A stretch of DNA of 64,000 bases. Origin: an uncultured Rhodobacteraceae bacterium. Lineage in GTDB: Bacteria > Pseudomonadota > Alphaproteobacteria > Rhodobacterales > Rhodobacteraceae. The stretch is from contig CBFHKO010000001.1 of assembly GCA_965656445.1 (NCBI GenBank), positions 764,212 to 828,211 of the forward strand, in the 5' to 3' direction. Below, one piece after another: positions 37,974 through 48,359 of this stretch. The notes beneath the pieces were generated by a model. That model saw only the letters and a program-made list of their open reading frames with translations, was not told where the DNA came from and searched no databases. Position 1 is the first letter of the stretch. Each line of letters begins with the position of its first letter. The position numbers were made by a program, and so were the translations under genes.

Positions 37974-38665
37974 TACTCGGCCAGCTTTGCGTCCAGAATT
38001 GTCGCGAATTCTTCAAAGGACATGTTAGAGTATTTCTCGCCATCGATCAAAAAGGATGGTGTCGATTTCACATCATCGCGCGCAGCATTTTCTTGATACC
38101 ATGCGACCAATGCACGGAGCTTGTCGGCATCTTGCATACAGGTGTTCAACTGTTCATCACTAAGACCTGCAATTTTACCAAGCTTGGTGAGTTCTGACAC
38201 AATAGCAAGATCACCGCCTGCACGGGCCCAAGTTGATTGGTTGTTCAAGATCAAATCGGTCATGCCAAAGAACCGATCAGGCCCAGAACAGCGCGCGATC
38301 ATGGAGGCCCACATGCCGTATTTGTCAAAATAGACTTCGCGGAACGTGAATTTTACTTTGCCCGTGTCGATATAGTTTTCTTTGATCTTTTTGAATTGAT
38401 CCGCATGGAAGGATGCACAATGCGGACAGGTAAAGGAGGCATATTCTACGATGCTAATGGGCGCGTCTTCTGCACCAAGTGTCATGTCAACAACTTGCGT
38501 CTCTGTGGCCTCAGATGTGTCTGAGGCTTCTTGCGCATTTGCAGCAAATGGCAAATCGAATGCCGGCTGCACGGTTTCAGTTGTTTTGTTCGATTGTGTG
38601 AACCAAAGGGAGACCCCCCCTGCCACAACGAAAACTCCGAGATATTTTACGACATTGCCCCACAT
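37973..38665 (-). CDS. DsbA family thiol:disulfide oxidoreductase
   Basis: N-terminal TM or signal anchor and an FTCPHCASFH active site. Confidence 0.85.
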   Translation of the reverse strand: MWGNVVKYLGVFVVAGGVSLWFTQSNKTTETVQPAFDLPFAANAQEASDTSEATETQVVDMTLGAEDAPISIVEYASFTCPHCASFHADQFKKIKENYIDTGKVKFTFREVYFDKYGMWASMIARCSGPDRFFGMTDLILNNQSTWARAGGDLAIVSELTKLGKIAGLSDEQLNTCMQDADKLRALVAWYQENAARDDVKSTPSFLIDGEKYSNMSFEEFATILDAKLAE

Positions 38666-38682
38666 TTTAGGTGCCTTTCAGT

Positions 38683-39210
38683 TTATGATTTATTTTTTGT
38701 TAACACATTTTTCGCCAAGGTCTCAAGCGCGCGCTGAAGGTTGCTATCCCCCACATCACGCGAGATGTTTTGTGCCTCTTGGATGACACCTTGGGACTCT
38801 TGTTTCGGGATATCAACGCGCTTGTTTTGGAAAACAGCACGCCCTTCTGCAAAACCTTGCTGCGCGGTTTGCGTGATTTTTATGCGGGCTATTGCGTTAT
38901 ACCCGTAGGTGGCGTTCACGCGATTTCGAATGGTCTCTTTTTGCATCTCAACCAGCGGTGCATTTGGACCAGTTGTGAGCAACGTCAGCGTCGCCCCCAT
39001 GCCTTGGCGTGCATAGCTGACATTAATGGGATGCGCCATTTCCGCGGTTTGATCACCAACAATATCCACCCAATGCGTCAGTACACGGCTTTCGGCGAAA
39101 CCACGGGTTTCAGACGCGCGGCGAATACGGCCTTCGAGCAGGCTCGCTGTGCGCTTAAATCCAAATGTTGATCCGTTCCGACTGGACATGACTTGCATCC
39201 TATTCATCAA
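38683..39210 (-). CDS. DUF721 (DciA-like) protein
   Basis: About 170 aa with RVLTHWVDIVGDQTA, typical of DUF721 as I recall it. Divergent from mutY, as in other alphaproteobacteria. The start among several Met codons is uncertain. Confidence 0.65.
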   Translation of the reverse strand: MMNRMQVMSSRNGSTFGFKRTASLLEGRIRRASETRGFAESRVLTHWVDIVGDQTAEMAHPINVSYARQGMGATLTLLTTGPNAPLVEMQKETIRNRVNATYGYNAIARIKITQTAQQGFAEGRAVFQNKRVDIPKQESQGVIQEAQNISRDVGDSNLQRALETLAKNVLTKNKS

Positions 39211-39252
39211 TGCTATCTTAAAGACAAATACTGCGGATGCCAGAGTATAAAC

Positions 39253-40314
39253 ATGAATTCGACTTCAAAGTTACGTGACCTTCCAAGATCATCTGATTTG
39301 CTGGATTGGTACGATCACAATGCCCGCAAAATGCCGTGGCGCGTGTCCCCGAGTAATCGGGCCAAAGGTGTTATGCCCGATCCTTATTTTGTGTGGATGT
39401 CCGAAGTCATGTTGCAACAAACAACTGTTGCTGCTGTCAAAGACTATTTCAACCGCTTCACCACGCGCTGGCCCACTGTCAGTGATTTAGCCACGGCCGA
39501 GGACAGTGAGGTAATGGGCGAATGGGCGGGCCTTGGGTATTACGCGCGGGCGCGCAATTTGCTCAAATGCGCGCGCGCAGTTGTTGCGGATCACGGTGGG
39601 CAATTTCCCGACAGCTATGAGGGATTGATTACCCTTCCTGGAATTGGCCCCTACACGGCGGCAGCCATTTCTTCGATTGCCTTTGACCGAGCGGCCCCTG
39701 TGGTAGATGGGAATGTAGAACGGGTCATGTCGCGCGTGTTCAACATTCACACGCCCCTCCCAACGGCAAAAGCTGAGCTAACGGACAAGGCTGCACTGCT
39801 TACACCAGACGCGCGACCAGGGGACTATGCTCAGGCCGTTATGGATTTAGGTGCAACCATTTGCACGCCCAAGAAACCGGCCTGCGGCCTATGTCCTTGG
39901 CGGCCGGTGTGCCAAGCAAATGCTGAAGGTTGCGAAGCTGAGTTACCCAAGAAGCTCCCGAAAAAGGTCAAGCCAACACGCTATGGGATTGCCTATGTTG
40001 TGCGGCGCATTGATGGAGCGATCTTGTTGGAGACACGCCCGGACACAGGATTGTTAGGCGGGATGTTGGGCTTCCCGACCTCAGACTGGAGCGATGCGCC
40101 GAAGGATACGCCGCCAATCAAAGCCGATTGGAAAATCCTGAATTCAGAGGTGAAGCATACATTTACCCATTTCCACTTAAAACTTACGGTAAAAACAGCG
40201 TTAGTTCCATTTGATCGGGCCATTACGACGGGAACCTTTGTGGAACAGGCCGATTTCCGCACGTCAGACTTGCCAACCTTGATGCGAAAAGTATTTGATA
40301 CCACTCAAACCTAG
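39253..40314 (+). CDS. mutY: A/G-specific adenine DNA glycosylase
   Basis: LLDWYDHNARKMPWR, SEVMLQQTTV, GLGYYARARNL, a 4-Cys cluster (CTPKKPACGLCPWRPVC) and a NUDIX-like C-terminus. Start moved to ATG 39253. Confidence 0.9.
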   Translation: MNSTSKLRDLPRSSDLLDWYDHNARKMPWRVSPSNRAKGVMPDPYFVWMSEVMLQQTTVAAVKDYFNRFTTRWPTVSDLATAEDSEVMGEWAGLGYYARARNLLKCARAVVADHGGQFPDSYEGLITLPGIGPYTAAAISSIAFDRAAPVVDGNVERVMSRVFNIHTPLPTAKAELTDKAALLTPDARPGDYAQAVMDLGATICTPKKPACGLCPWRPVCQANAEGCEAELPKKLPKKVKPTRYGIAYVVRRIDGAILLETRPDTGLLGGMLGFPTSDWSDAPKDTPPIKADWKILNSEVKHTFTHFHLKLTVKTALVPFDRAITTGTFVEQADFRTSDLPTLMRKVFDTTQT

Positions 40315-40344
40315 CCGAACCTTAGAGAGCCACTGGATACCGAC

Positions 40345-41484
40345 ATGCAAAAAATTTCGATGCGCCCAATTGGAACCAAGTTCATGCATGCTCTCCCGTT
40401 TTGGAGCTCTCTCGCGCTGGTTCCGATCACGATCTTCACCGTGTCACAAGGTGGGTTTTGGTTTGTAATCCCTGCCCTCATTCTGTGGTATGGCGTTACC
40501 ATGATGGATGAAATCGCGGGCACCTTTAAGGTTAACGCAGATCCCAACACCCAAGAGGACGCTCTCTTTTGGTACAAGCTGATTACGATGATTTGGCCGT
40601 TTGTTCAGTTTGGCACGCTCTTTTGGGCGATCTATTACCTAAGCCGAAGTGACTTTGCCCTTTGGGAAATTATTGGCGCGGCCTTTAGTCTCGGCATGCT
40701 CACTGGAACGGTTGGCATTAATTATTCACATGAGCTTATGCATCAAAGCGACAAGAGGGAGCGACTGTTGGCTGATGTGTTGCTCTCGATGGTTCTCTAT
40801 TCTCATTTCCGCTCAGAACACTTGCAAGTTCACCACCGTTACGTCGGGACACCGCGCGACCCTGTGACGGCTCGGTTTGGGGAAAGCTTTTACAAATATT
40901 TCCAACGCGTTTTTGTCGGCTGTTACAAATCCGCTTTCCATGCCGAAAAGGCCAAGCTTGATCGCGTCGATAAACCTTGGACAGACAAAAGCAATCCGTT
41001 TTGGCTTTATTGGGGATTGCAAACGGCCATGATGCTGCTTGCGGTTTTAATTGGCGGCTGGATCGGGCTGTTGGTTTTCCTTTATCAAGCTTTTGTTGCA
41101 ATCAGTCATCTGGAACTGACCAACTACGTCGAACATTATGGATTGACGCGTAAACATCTCGGTCATGGCAAATATGAACATGTGCAGCCGCATCATTCAT
41201 GGAATGCGGATCATCGGGCGTCTAATTGGCTTTTGATTAACCTACAGCGCCATTCAGATCACCACTACAAACCAAACCGCCGTTTTCCCTTGCTGCAAAC
41301 CTATGACGCCGCAACAGCGCCGCAATTGCCGTTTGGCTATCCCGTCATGGTTCTTTCAGCCCTCTCACCGCGCCTTTGGAAGCGTTCAATGAACCCGCGC
41401 GTGCGGGCATGGCGCGACAAATATTACCCAGAGATCACCGATTGGCTCCCTTACAACAAGGGAACAACGGACCTGCCGCGCTAA
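40345..41484 (+). CDS. alkB: Alkane 1-monooxygenase (integral-membrane di-iron hydroxylase)
   Basis: All four remembered AlkB histidine boxes are present: HELMHQ, EHLQVHHRYV, NYVEHYGL and LQRHSDHH. Confidence 0.88.
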   Translation: MQKISMRPIGTKFMHALPFWSSLALVPITIFTVSQGGFWFVIPALILWYGVTMMDEIAGTFKVNADPNTQEDALFWYKLITMIWPFVQFGTLFWAIYYLSRSDFALWEIIGAAFSLGMLTGTVGINYSHELMHQSDKRERLLADVLLSMVLYSHFRSEHLQVHHRYVGTPRDPVTARFGESFYKYFQRVFVGCYKSAFHAEKAKLDRVDKPWTDKSNPFWLYWGLQTAMMLLAVLIGGWIGLLVFLYQAFVAISHLELTNYVEHYGLTRKHLGHGKYEHVQPHHSWNADHRASNWLLINLQRHSDHHYKPNRRFPLLQTYDAATAPQLPFGYPVMVLSALSPRLWKRSMNPRVRAWRDKYYPEITDWLPYNKGTTDLPR

Positions 41485-41487
41485 GTC

Positions 41488-41520
41488 AAAAAAAAGCCCC
41501 ACCAAAAGGCGGGGCAGTTA
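41488..41520. terminator. Hairpin with flanking A-run between convergent alkB and ccrM
   Basis: AAAAAAAAGCCCCACC-AAAA-GGCGGGGC. Confidence 0.55.
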
Positions 41521-41552
41521 CCTTGTGCGTCAGGACACAGGCGGAAAGTAAG

Positions 41553-41573
41553 GCATGCAAAGGGTTTGCATGC
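41553..41573. terminator. Perfect 9-bp hairpin GCATGCAAA-GGG-TTTGCATGC downstream of ccrM
   Basis: Read directly. Lies 26 bp past the ccrM stop. Confidence 0.45.
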
Positions 41574-41598
41574 GCTTAATATTTGTATGATTTTAAAA

Positions 41599-42720
<1,122 letters not shown>

Positions 42721-42763
42721 TCAATAAAGCGGCGCTTATGCGCTCTTCTTTGATCCCTAGAAT

Positions 42764-42779
42764 GAGTCAAAGACGATTC
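42764..42779. promoter_or_regulatory. Two GANTC sites (GAGTC, GATTC) 11 bp apart in the ccrM upstream region
   Basis: Read directly at 42764-42768 and 42775-42779, 53-68 bp upstream of the ccrM ATG. Confidence 0.5.
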
Positions 42780-42811
42780 GAGGTCAATTTCTTTTTGAAA
42801 CAGAAGGTTAT

Positions 42812-43432
42812 TTATTTTTCTTGATACAAGATCTTGTGCACTGGTCCGAAGGAACGTCTATGGTGAGGCGTCACACCGAGTTTGACCAATGCTTCTTGAT
42901 GTATTTTTGTCGGATAGCCCGCATTTTTTTCCCATCCATAGCCAGGAAACTGATTTGCGAGTTCGTGCATCAAGCGATCTCGTGTTATTTTTGCAACAAT
43001 AGACGCGGCCGCAATCGACAATGATTTTGCATCACCTTTGACAACAGCCGTGGCTGGGATGGTCAAACCTTTCGGTATTTTATTGCCATCGATCAAAACA
43101 TGATCGGGACAGTGCCCCAGACCGTCAACCGCGCGCACCATGCCGATGAGCGAGGCTTGTAGAATATTGATCTCATCAATCTCTTCAACAGAGACATGGA
43201 CAATAGACACCTGCGCAGTCGCCATGATCTGATCAAAGAGCCCTTCACGCTTTTTGGCAGATAGCTTTTTAGAATCATTCATGCCATCGGGAATGTTCAG
43301 CGGGTCCAAAATCACCGCAGCGGCGGTCACTGGCCCAGCCAATGGCCCGCGACCCACCTCATCCACGCCTGCGATCACAGGTGATCCACTATTGATCAGA
43401 TCTGTTTCTAATAAAAAGTCAGGCTGGGTCAT
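42812..43432 (-). CDS. rnhB: Ribonuclease HII
   Basis: IAGVDEVGRGPLAGPV, DSKKLS and the GYGWEKNAGYPT pattern. Confidence 0.93.
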   Translation of the reverse strand: MTQPDFLLETDLINSGSPVIAGVDEVGRGPLAGPVTAAAVILDPLNIPDGMNDSKKLSAKKREGLFDQIMATAQVSIVHVSVEEIDEINILQASLIGMVRAVDGLGHCPDHVLIDGNKIPKGLTIPATAVVKGDAKSLSIAAASIVAKITRDRLMHELANQFPGYGWEKNAGYPTKIHQEALVKLGVTPHHRRSFGPVHKILYQEK

Positions 43433-43460
43433 AAGACACCCCTTCTATACTGGAATGGTG

Positions 43461-44477
43461 TCATACATCGTTCCCAGAGGTCACTCCACTAATGAGCTGA
43501 TACGACAAGAGGTCCGGAATTTGATGAGGATCACGGATTAAGGCGCGCACGCGGGAGCGTAAGCTATTCAAAAACTCTACTCCCAAAGGAGGCAGGCTAT
43601 CCGCTTCCTCTAGAGAGATTGGAACAAATTGCAATTTGGCTCCTACAGGTGCCTGAGCGCAGATTGCGATGTCTTGTGATATGACCGATCCTATCCGCGG
43701 ATACCCACCAATCGTTTGGCATTCACTAAGCAAGACATATGGCTGCCCCTCGCCAGTCATTTGAATATCACCAGTGACAATGAAATTCGACGCAATCCCT
43801 TTGGCAGCAGAACAGTCAAACGGGTCGCCTGAGAAATCCAATTTGACCCCTTGGCGATTGGCCGTCCGCGTCACAGCAAATTCTGTTTGATGACACCGCT
43901 CAATGGTTAAGGGATCAAACAGCGAAGTTTGCGGCCCCGCAATATAGCGAACAGTGCCCCCTTTGAACCGATCGATAGGGTCAAGCGTTCTTTGATGATC
44001 CTGCGGACACATCGCGTCACCAAGGCCAATTTGATCGCCCGCCTGCACCCACTGTCCAATCCCTGCTGATATATGTGCGGCTTGACTGGAAAACAGGGCA
44101 TCAGATTGGATCGGACAAGACGGGGTAACATAGCCATAACGCCCCTGATCCACAACGCGGATGGTGACGGCCTCTCCTGCTTGGATACTGTGCGAGGCGT
44201 GCATGGCAAGGCGTCGATCACCAATCGCCACGCTCATAGAGGCCCCTGTCAACGCGATCACCACATCCGACTCAAACCGCAATGTCACATGGGATCCCAT
44301 CAGCTCAAACGCAGGCAACACCACGTTGACACCTAGCAAAGCCGACGCCTCATAAAGTGCGATTTTGTCGGCTGCACCCCCGTGTGACAGCCCCATACCC
44401 GTTACGCCACGGCGACCTAAATCTTGGATAGACACTCCAGGTCCCACACGGTCAATATGGACTACAGATCCTGACAT
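43461..44477 (-). CDS. pxpC: 5-oxoprolinase subunit C / biotin-dependent carboxyltransferase family (KipA-like)
   Basis: 338 aa, cyclophilin-like CT_C_D domain pattern (VQDLGRRG...GLSHGGAAD..., GYPRIG). Confidence 0.82.
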   Translation of the reverse strand: MSGSVVHIDRVGPGVSIQDLGRRGVTGMGLSHGGAADKIALYEASALLGVNVVLPAFELMGSHVTLRFESDVVIALTGASMSVAIGDRRLAMHASHSIQAGEAVTIRVVDQGRYGYVTPSCPIQSDALFSSQAAHISAGIGQWVQAGDQIGLGDAMCPQDHQRTLDPIDRFKGGTVRYIAGPQTSLFDPLTIERCHQTEFAVTRTANRQGVKLDFSGDPFDCSAAKGIASNFIVTGDIQMTGEGQPYVLLSECQTIGGYPRIGSVISQDIAICAQAPVGAKLQFVPISLEEADSLPPLGVEFLNSLRSRVRALIRDPHQIPDLLSYQLISGVTSGNDV

Positions 44478-45190
44478 TGGGCACCTCCCAAGGGATCTGA
44501 GGCCCGTATCAGCGATTGCATATCTTCATACCCAATCTGGCGAAACGCAATGCCATCCCCCGCTCTCAAAGGGATTGGGTTTGCTGACGTCGGATCAAAC
44601 GGGCGAAACGCGCATTGTCCAATCTGTCGCCATCCTGTCGGGGATGAATTTGCAAACAACACGAGCTGACGCACCGCCGTGACCAAGGCACCTTCAGGGA
44701 CCTGCTCAGTGAGCTCTGGTTTACGTGCAAAATCCCATGTCTTTGGCAACATGCCGATATAGGGCTGACCAGGGGCAAACCCAATGGCCAAGACGCGCAA
44801 GGATGCGGTCAACACATCCTCAATCAAGGCCTGTTCGCTTATCCCTGTGAGGCTGGATACTTCCGCCAAATCTGGCGCAGCAGGGCCCGTGACACAAACT
44901 GGGATCGTCCACAATCGTGACACTGCAGGCACGCACACATCCCGCAATGATGCCAATTCACAATGCGGCTTAATGAACTCTAGGACGCGATCACGCGACA
45001 CGAGTATTGGATCAAACCGCACAAGAACAGAGGTCAGTGCGGGAACAATTTCCACCACGCCATCAATCACATGCTCTTCAAGCCGCGCTTTGATATCATG
45101 AACCTGTGCGACGACCTTATCATCCACGCGCAACGCGCATTGGATAACGATGGCGTCCTGACCTAAAGGATGTAAAGCTATGCTGTCCAA
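44462..45190 (-). CDS. pxpB: 5-oxoprolinase subunit B (KipI-like)
   Basis: 242 aa, CT_A_B domain pattern. Overlaps pxpC by 16 nt. Confidence 0.82.
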   Translation of the reverse strand: MDSIALHPLGQDAIVIQCALRVDDKVVAQVHDIKARLEEHVIDGVVEIVPALTSVLVRFDPILVSRDRVLEFIKPHCELASLRDVCVPAVSRLWTIPVCVTGPAAPDLAEVSSLTGISEQALIEDVLTASLRVLAIGFAPGQPYIGMLPKTWDFARKPELTEQVPEGALVTAVRQLVLFANSSPTGWRQIGQCAFRPFDPTSANPIPLRAGDGIAFRQIGYEDMQSLIRASDPLGGAQCQDL

Positions 45191-45389
45191 AATGTCTCCT
45201 GCATCATTCCTGTGTGATTAAGGTTTACAGACCAATTTATTCACCAAAACTCAATGCCCGAATAAATAAACTCTGCAATTCCCTCACATGAAGGACACGA
45301 TAATGAACATCTGCCCTTACAATAACAGCAGCGCATTCATAAATTTATCATAACGAAAGACCATTTATACAAACGAAAGGCATTGCGTC

Positions 45390-46922
45390 GTGACACAATC
45401 TTCTCCTCCTATTATTGCAGCCAAGGCACCCATCCGCGTCGAATTAACGAAAGATAAGGATTATTACTGGTGCAAATGTGGGCGCTCGAAAACGCAACCC
45501 TTCTGTGATGGGTCACACGCAGGAACAGGGATTAATCCTCTGAAATTCACAGCAGACAAAGATGGTCCAGCCGCATTGTGCCAATGCAAAGCCACGGCAA
45601 ATGCACCTTTTTGTGACGGAACACATGCAAGCCTTAGCGCGCAAAACATAGGCGATCCCGCCCCTGAGCCAAAGACAGACCTCCCCCAAGCTGTTGCAAC
45701 GCCAGAAGAGCCGACCGTCGCACGCATTCACGAGCTGGCCAAAGATGGGCTGTCCAAACTTGGACATCACGGCGAAATGGGCGCAATGGGCGTTCCCCGC
45801 AAAGACCTCCCGCAGTGGGATGATATCCAAATCCTGCCTGCTCAAATGGCAAGAAAGCCCCTTTTGGATGAGGCTGCCGTCGATACCTCGGTCGTCATCG
45901 GCCCCAAAGCCAACAAACCGCTCAAACTTGATATCCCACTATTTGTGTCTGACATGAGCTACGGCGCCCTATCAGAAGAAGCCAAAGTAGCCTTATCACG
46001 TGGAGCTGAGCTTGCCGGGACAGGGATTTGTTCTGGTGAAGGCGGCATGCTTCCCGAGGAGCAAGCGGAAAATTCTCGCTATTTCTATGAATTGGCCTCA
46101 GCACAATTTGGATGGTCCCTAGATCACGTCAGCAAAGTCCAAGCCTTCCACTTTAAGGGCGGCCAAGGCGCCAAGACGGGCACGGGCGGTCATTTGCCTG
46201 GCGATAAGGTCCAAGGAAAAATCGCCGATGTACGCGGATTGGAGCCTGGGCAAGCCGCTATTTCGCCTGCAACCTTCCCTGATCTTCACACGCCTGCCGA
46301 TTTCAAAAAGATCGCAGATCAAGTCCGCGAACGCTCTGGCGGCATCCCTATCGGGTTCAAATTATCCGCCAATCACATCGAGGACGATATCGATTTCGCC
46401 TTGGAGGCAAGCGCGGATTACATCATTCTGGATGGGCGCGGTGGTGGGACAGGAGCCGCGCCCTTGATTTTCCGCAATCACATTTCTGTTCCGACAATCC
46501 CCGCGTTGGCGCGCGCACGGCGGCATTTAGATAAACGTGCAGGTCGCGATGTGACCTTGGTGATAACAGGAGGATTGCGGGTTGCCGAAGACTTTGCAAA
46601 AGCGATGGCATTGGGCGCAGATGCGGTTGCCGTTAGCAATTCCGCCATGCAAGCGGTTGGATGTATTGCCGCACGGATGTGTAATTCAAACAATTGCCCC
46701 GTGGGGATCGCAACCCAGAAGCCAGAACTCAGAAAACGTTTGGACGTTCAAGTGGGCGCAGAACGGCTTGCTAGGTATTTCGGAGCCAGCGTTGAATTGA
46801 TGCAAGTTCTCTCGCGCGCTTGTGGACACTCTCGCCTTAGTGATTTTACGCCAAATGACATCACGACTTGGAAACGCGAAATGGCCGACCTAAGCGGGAT
46901 TAAATACGCAGGCCTGTCCTAA
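45390..46922 (+). CDS. Glutamate-synthase-related FMN/Fe-S protein fused to two N-terminal CDGSH iron-sulfur domains
   Basis: CKCGRSKTQPFCDGSH and CQCKATANAPFCDGTH, then a GltB-domain-2-like TIM barrel (FKGGQGAKTGTGGHLPG, ILDGRGGGTGAAP, GGLR). GTG start with an AAAGG RBS. Confidence 0.85.
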   Translation: MTQSSPPIIAAKAPIRVELTKDKDYYWCKCGRSKTQPFCDGSHAGTGINPLKFTADKDGPAALCQCKATANAPFCDGTHASLSAQNIGDPAPEPKTDLPQAVATPEEPTVARIHELAKDGLSKLGHHGEMGAMGVPRKDLPQWDDIQILPAQMARKPLLDEAAVDTSVVIGPKANKPLKLDIPLFVSDMSYGALSEEAKVALSRGAELAGTGICSGEGGMLPEEQAENSRYFYELASAQFGWSLDHVSKVQAFHFKGGQGAKTGTGGHLPGDKVQGKIADVRGLEPGQAAISPATFPDLHTPADFKKIADQVRERSGGIPIGFKLSANHIEDDIDFALEASADYIILDGRGGGTGAAPLIFRNHISVPTIPALARARRHLDKRAGRDVTLVITGGLRVAEDFAKAMALGADAVAVSNSAMQAVGCIAARMCNSNNCPVGIATQKPELRKRLDVQVGAERLARYFGASVELMQVLSRACGHSRLSDFTPNDITTWKREMADLSGIKYAGLS

Positions 46923-47004
46923 AACGCATAGCGGAGTTGTCCGACACGGACTTGTGGGGCGTATTATAGCACCCCACATCATGCGAATAGGAAAGGAGCG
47001 TGTT

Positions 47005-47568
47005 ATGCTTGATACTCCAATTATTCGCCCAGAAATGTCCTCAGAGATGAAACTCTTGTTGGAACAATACCCAAGAGACGCGTGGTCCAGTCATCCAGGG
47101 TTCCAAGAAAAAACCCAGCATTGGCTTGGGGCGCACCGGATGTTTCGAACTGTTGCATCCCAAATTCTGACGGATACAGAAAGCTATATCGATCAATCGA
47201 TGGAGACCTCTGAGTATGCGGATCGCCTCAGCTATTATGGTAACGGCTTGGTGCGTAATCTGCATGGCCATCACCATTGGGAAGATCATAGCTATTTTCC
47301 CGAACTGTTCGCAGCCGATCCAAGGTTTAAAGCAGGGCTGGATGTGTTGGAACAAGACCATGACGATTTGGAACAGTTTTTAGACGACTTCACCACGACT
47401 GGTAATCGTTTGATCAAGTTGACCCATTTGGACGAAAAGCAGGCCAAAGAAACTGCCTTCGCCCTGCGCGACACAAGTGAGACAATTTGCTCATTCCTAA
47501 CCCGTCACCTCACAGACGAAGAGGAATTGGCCGTCCCAATCATCCTCCACCACCGTTTACGTGGGTGA
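47005..47568 (+). CDS. Hemerythrin-like (HHE cation-binding) domain protein
   Basis: HWLGAHRMF...NLHGHHHWEDHSYFPEL...LEQDHDDLE. Start at ATG 47005 with an AGGAG RBS; the track ORF starts at 46954. Confidence 0.72.
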   Translation: MLDTPIIRPEMSSEMKLLLEQYPRDAWSSHPGFQEKTQHWLGAHRMFRTVASQILTDTESYIDQSMETSEYADRLSYYGNGLVRNLHGHHHWEDHSYFPELFAADPRFKAGLDVLEQDHDDLEQFLDDFTTTGNRLIKLTHLDEKQAKETAFALRDTSETICSFLTRHLTDEEELAVPIILHHRLRG

Positions 47569-47682
47569 GCGACCTCCCGACTGAGCAATTTCGCTTGGTC
47601 GGGGGATTAAAATCATCTCGATACCATCACGCTATGCTGGATAGGAAAAATTCCGCAGATCATAGAAACGCCGCATTGAAAT

Positions 47683-47699
47683 ATGGTATATACTAACAT
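47683..47699. promoter_or_regulatory. Imperfect palindrome ATGGTATATACTAACAT, candidate Zur box
   Basis: About 13 of 17 positions match the ATGTTATNNTATAACAT-type Zur consensus as I remember it. Ends 78 bp upstream of the DUF2796 gene. Confidence 0.35.
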
Positions 47700-47776
47700 A
47701 ACTTTTCGTCGAAGAGTGACAGTTTCCAATCACCGCCCGCCTAACCTGAACGTTCTGAAATATTGGACCTATTTCT

Positions 47777-48358
47777 ATGAAAATTCTATTACCAATTACC
47801 ATCTCTGTCCTCACCTACCCTGCCTTCGCCGAAGGAATGCGCAAACTTGATAGCCATGAACACGGAGTTGGTAAGCTCAATATAGCTATCGAGGGCTCAC
47901 AGATTGCGATGGAGCTTGTTGCACCAGGTGCCGATATCGTTGGGTTTGAACATTCTGCGGAAACCGCAGAGGATCGCGCGGCGATTAAGGCGGCACTGAC
48001 GATACTTGAGACACCGCTAGAGCTATTTGGCATGTCCACAGATGCCGATTGTCGCGTTGAGGGCGCCCATGCGGACCTAGACGGCGACGAGGATCATGAG
48101 GGGCACGATCATGATACGGCACATGACCACGCCTCAGGACATGACGATCATGAGGACGAAGCGGGCCACACTGAATTCCATGCAGAGTACAGCATGACCT
48201 GTGACACGCCCAGCGCATTGACGGATATCGCATTTGACTATTTTGATGTCTTTGAGAATGCGCGCGAGGTCGAGGTCCAAATCGTGACTCCCACAGGCGC
48301 AACCGCCGTTGAGGTTACGCGAGACGCGCCTACTCTTGATATGCGGGATCTGTTCTAG
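47777..48358 (+). CDS. DUF2796 periplasmic metal-binding protein (ZrgA-like) with His/Asp-rich loop
   Basis: Signal peptide, HEHGVGKLNIAIEG...ELVAPGADIVGFEH and the loop DGDEDHEGHDHDTAHDHASGHDDHEDEAGH. Confidence 0.75.
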   Translation: MKILLPITISVLTYPAFAEGMRKLDSHEHGVGKLNIAIEGSQIAMELVAPGADIVGFEHSAETAEDRAAIKAALTILETPLELFGMSTDADCRVEGAHADLDGDEDHEGHDHDTAHDHASGHDDHEDEAGHTEFHAEYSMTCDTPSALTDIAFDYFDVFENAREVEVQIVTPTGATAVEVTRDAPTLDMRDLF

Positions 48359-48359
48359 C

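Noticed and set aside
48060-48170. His/Asp-rich low-complexity DNA in the DUF2796 gene as a possible repeat array.
   Set aside because: It is in frame within a coding sequence and typical of metal-binding loops. There is no nucleotide-level tandem periodicity.
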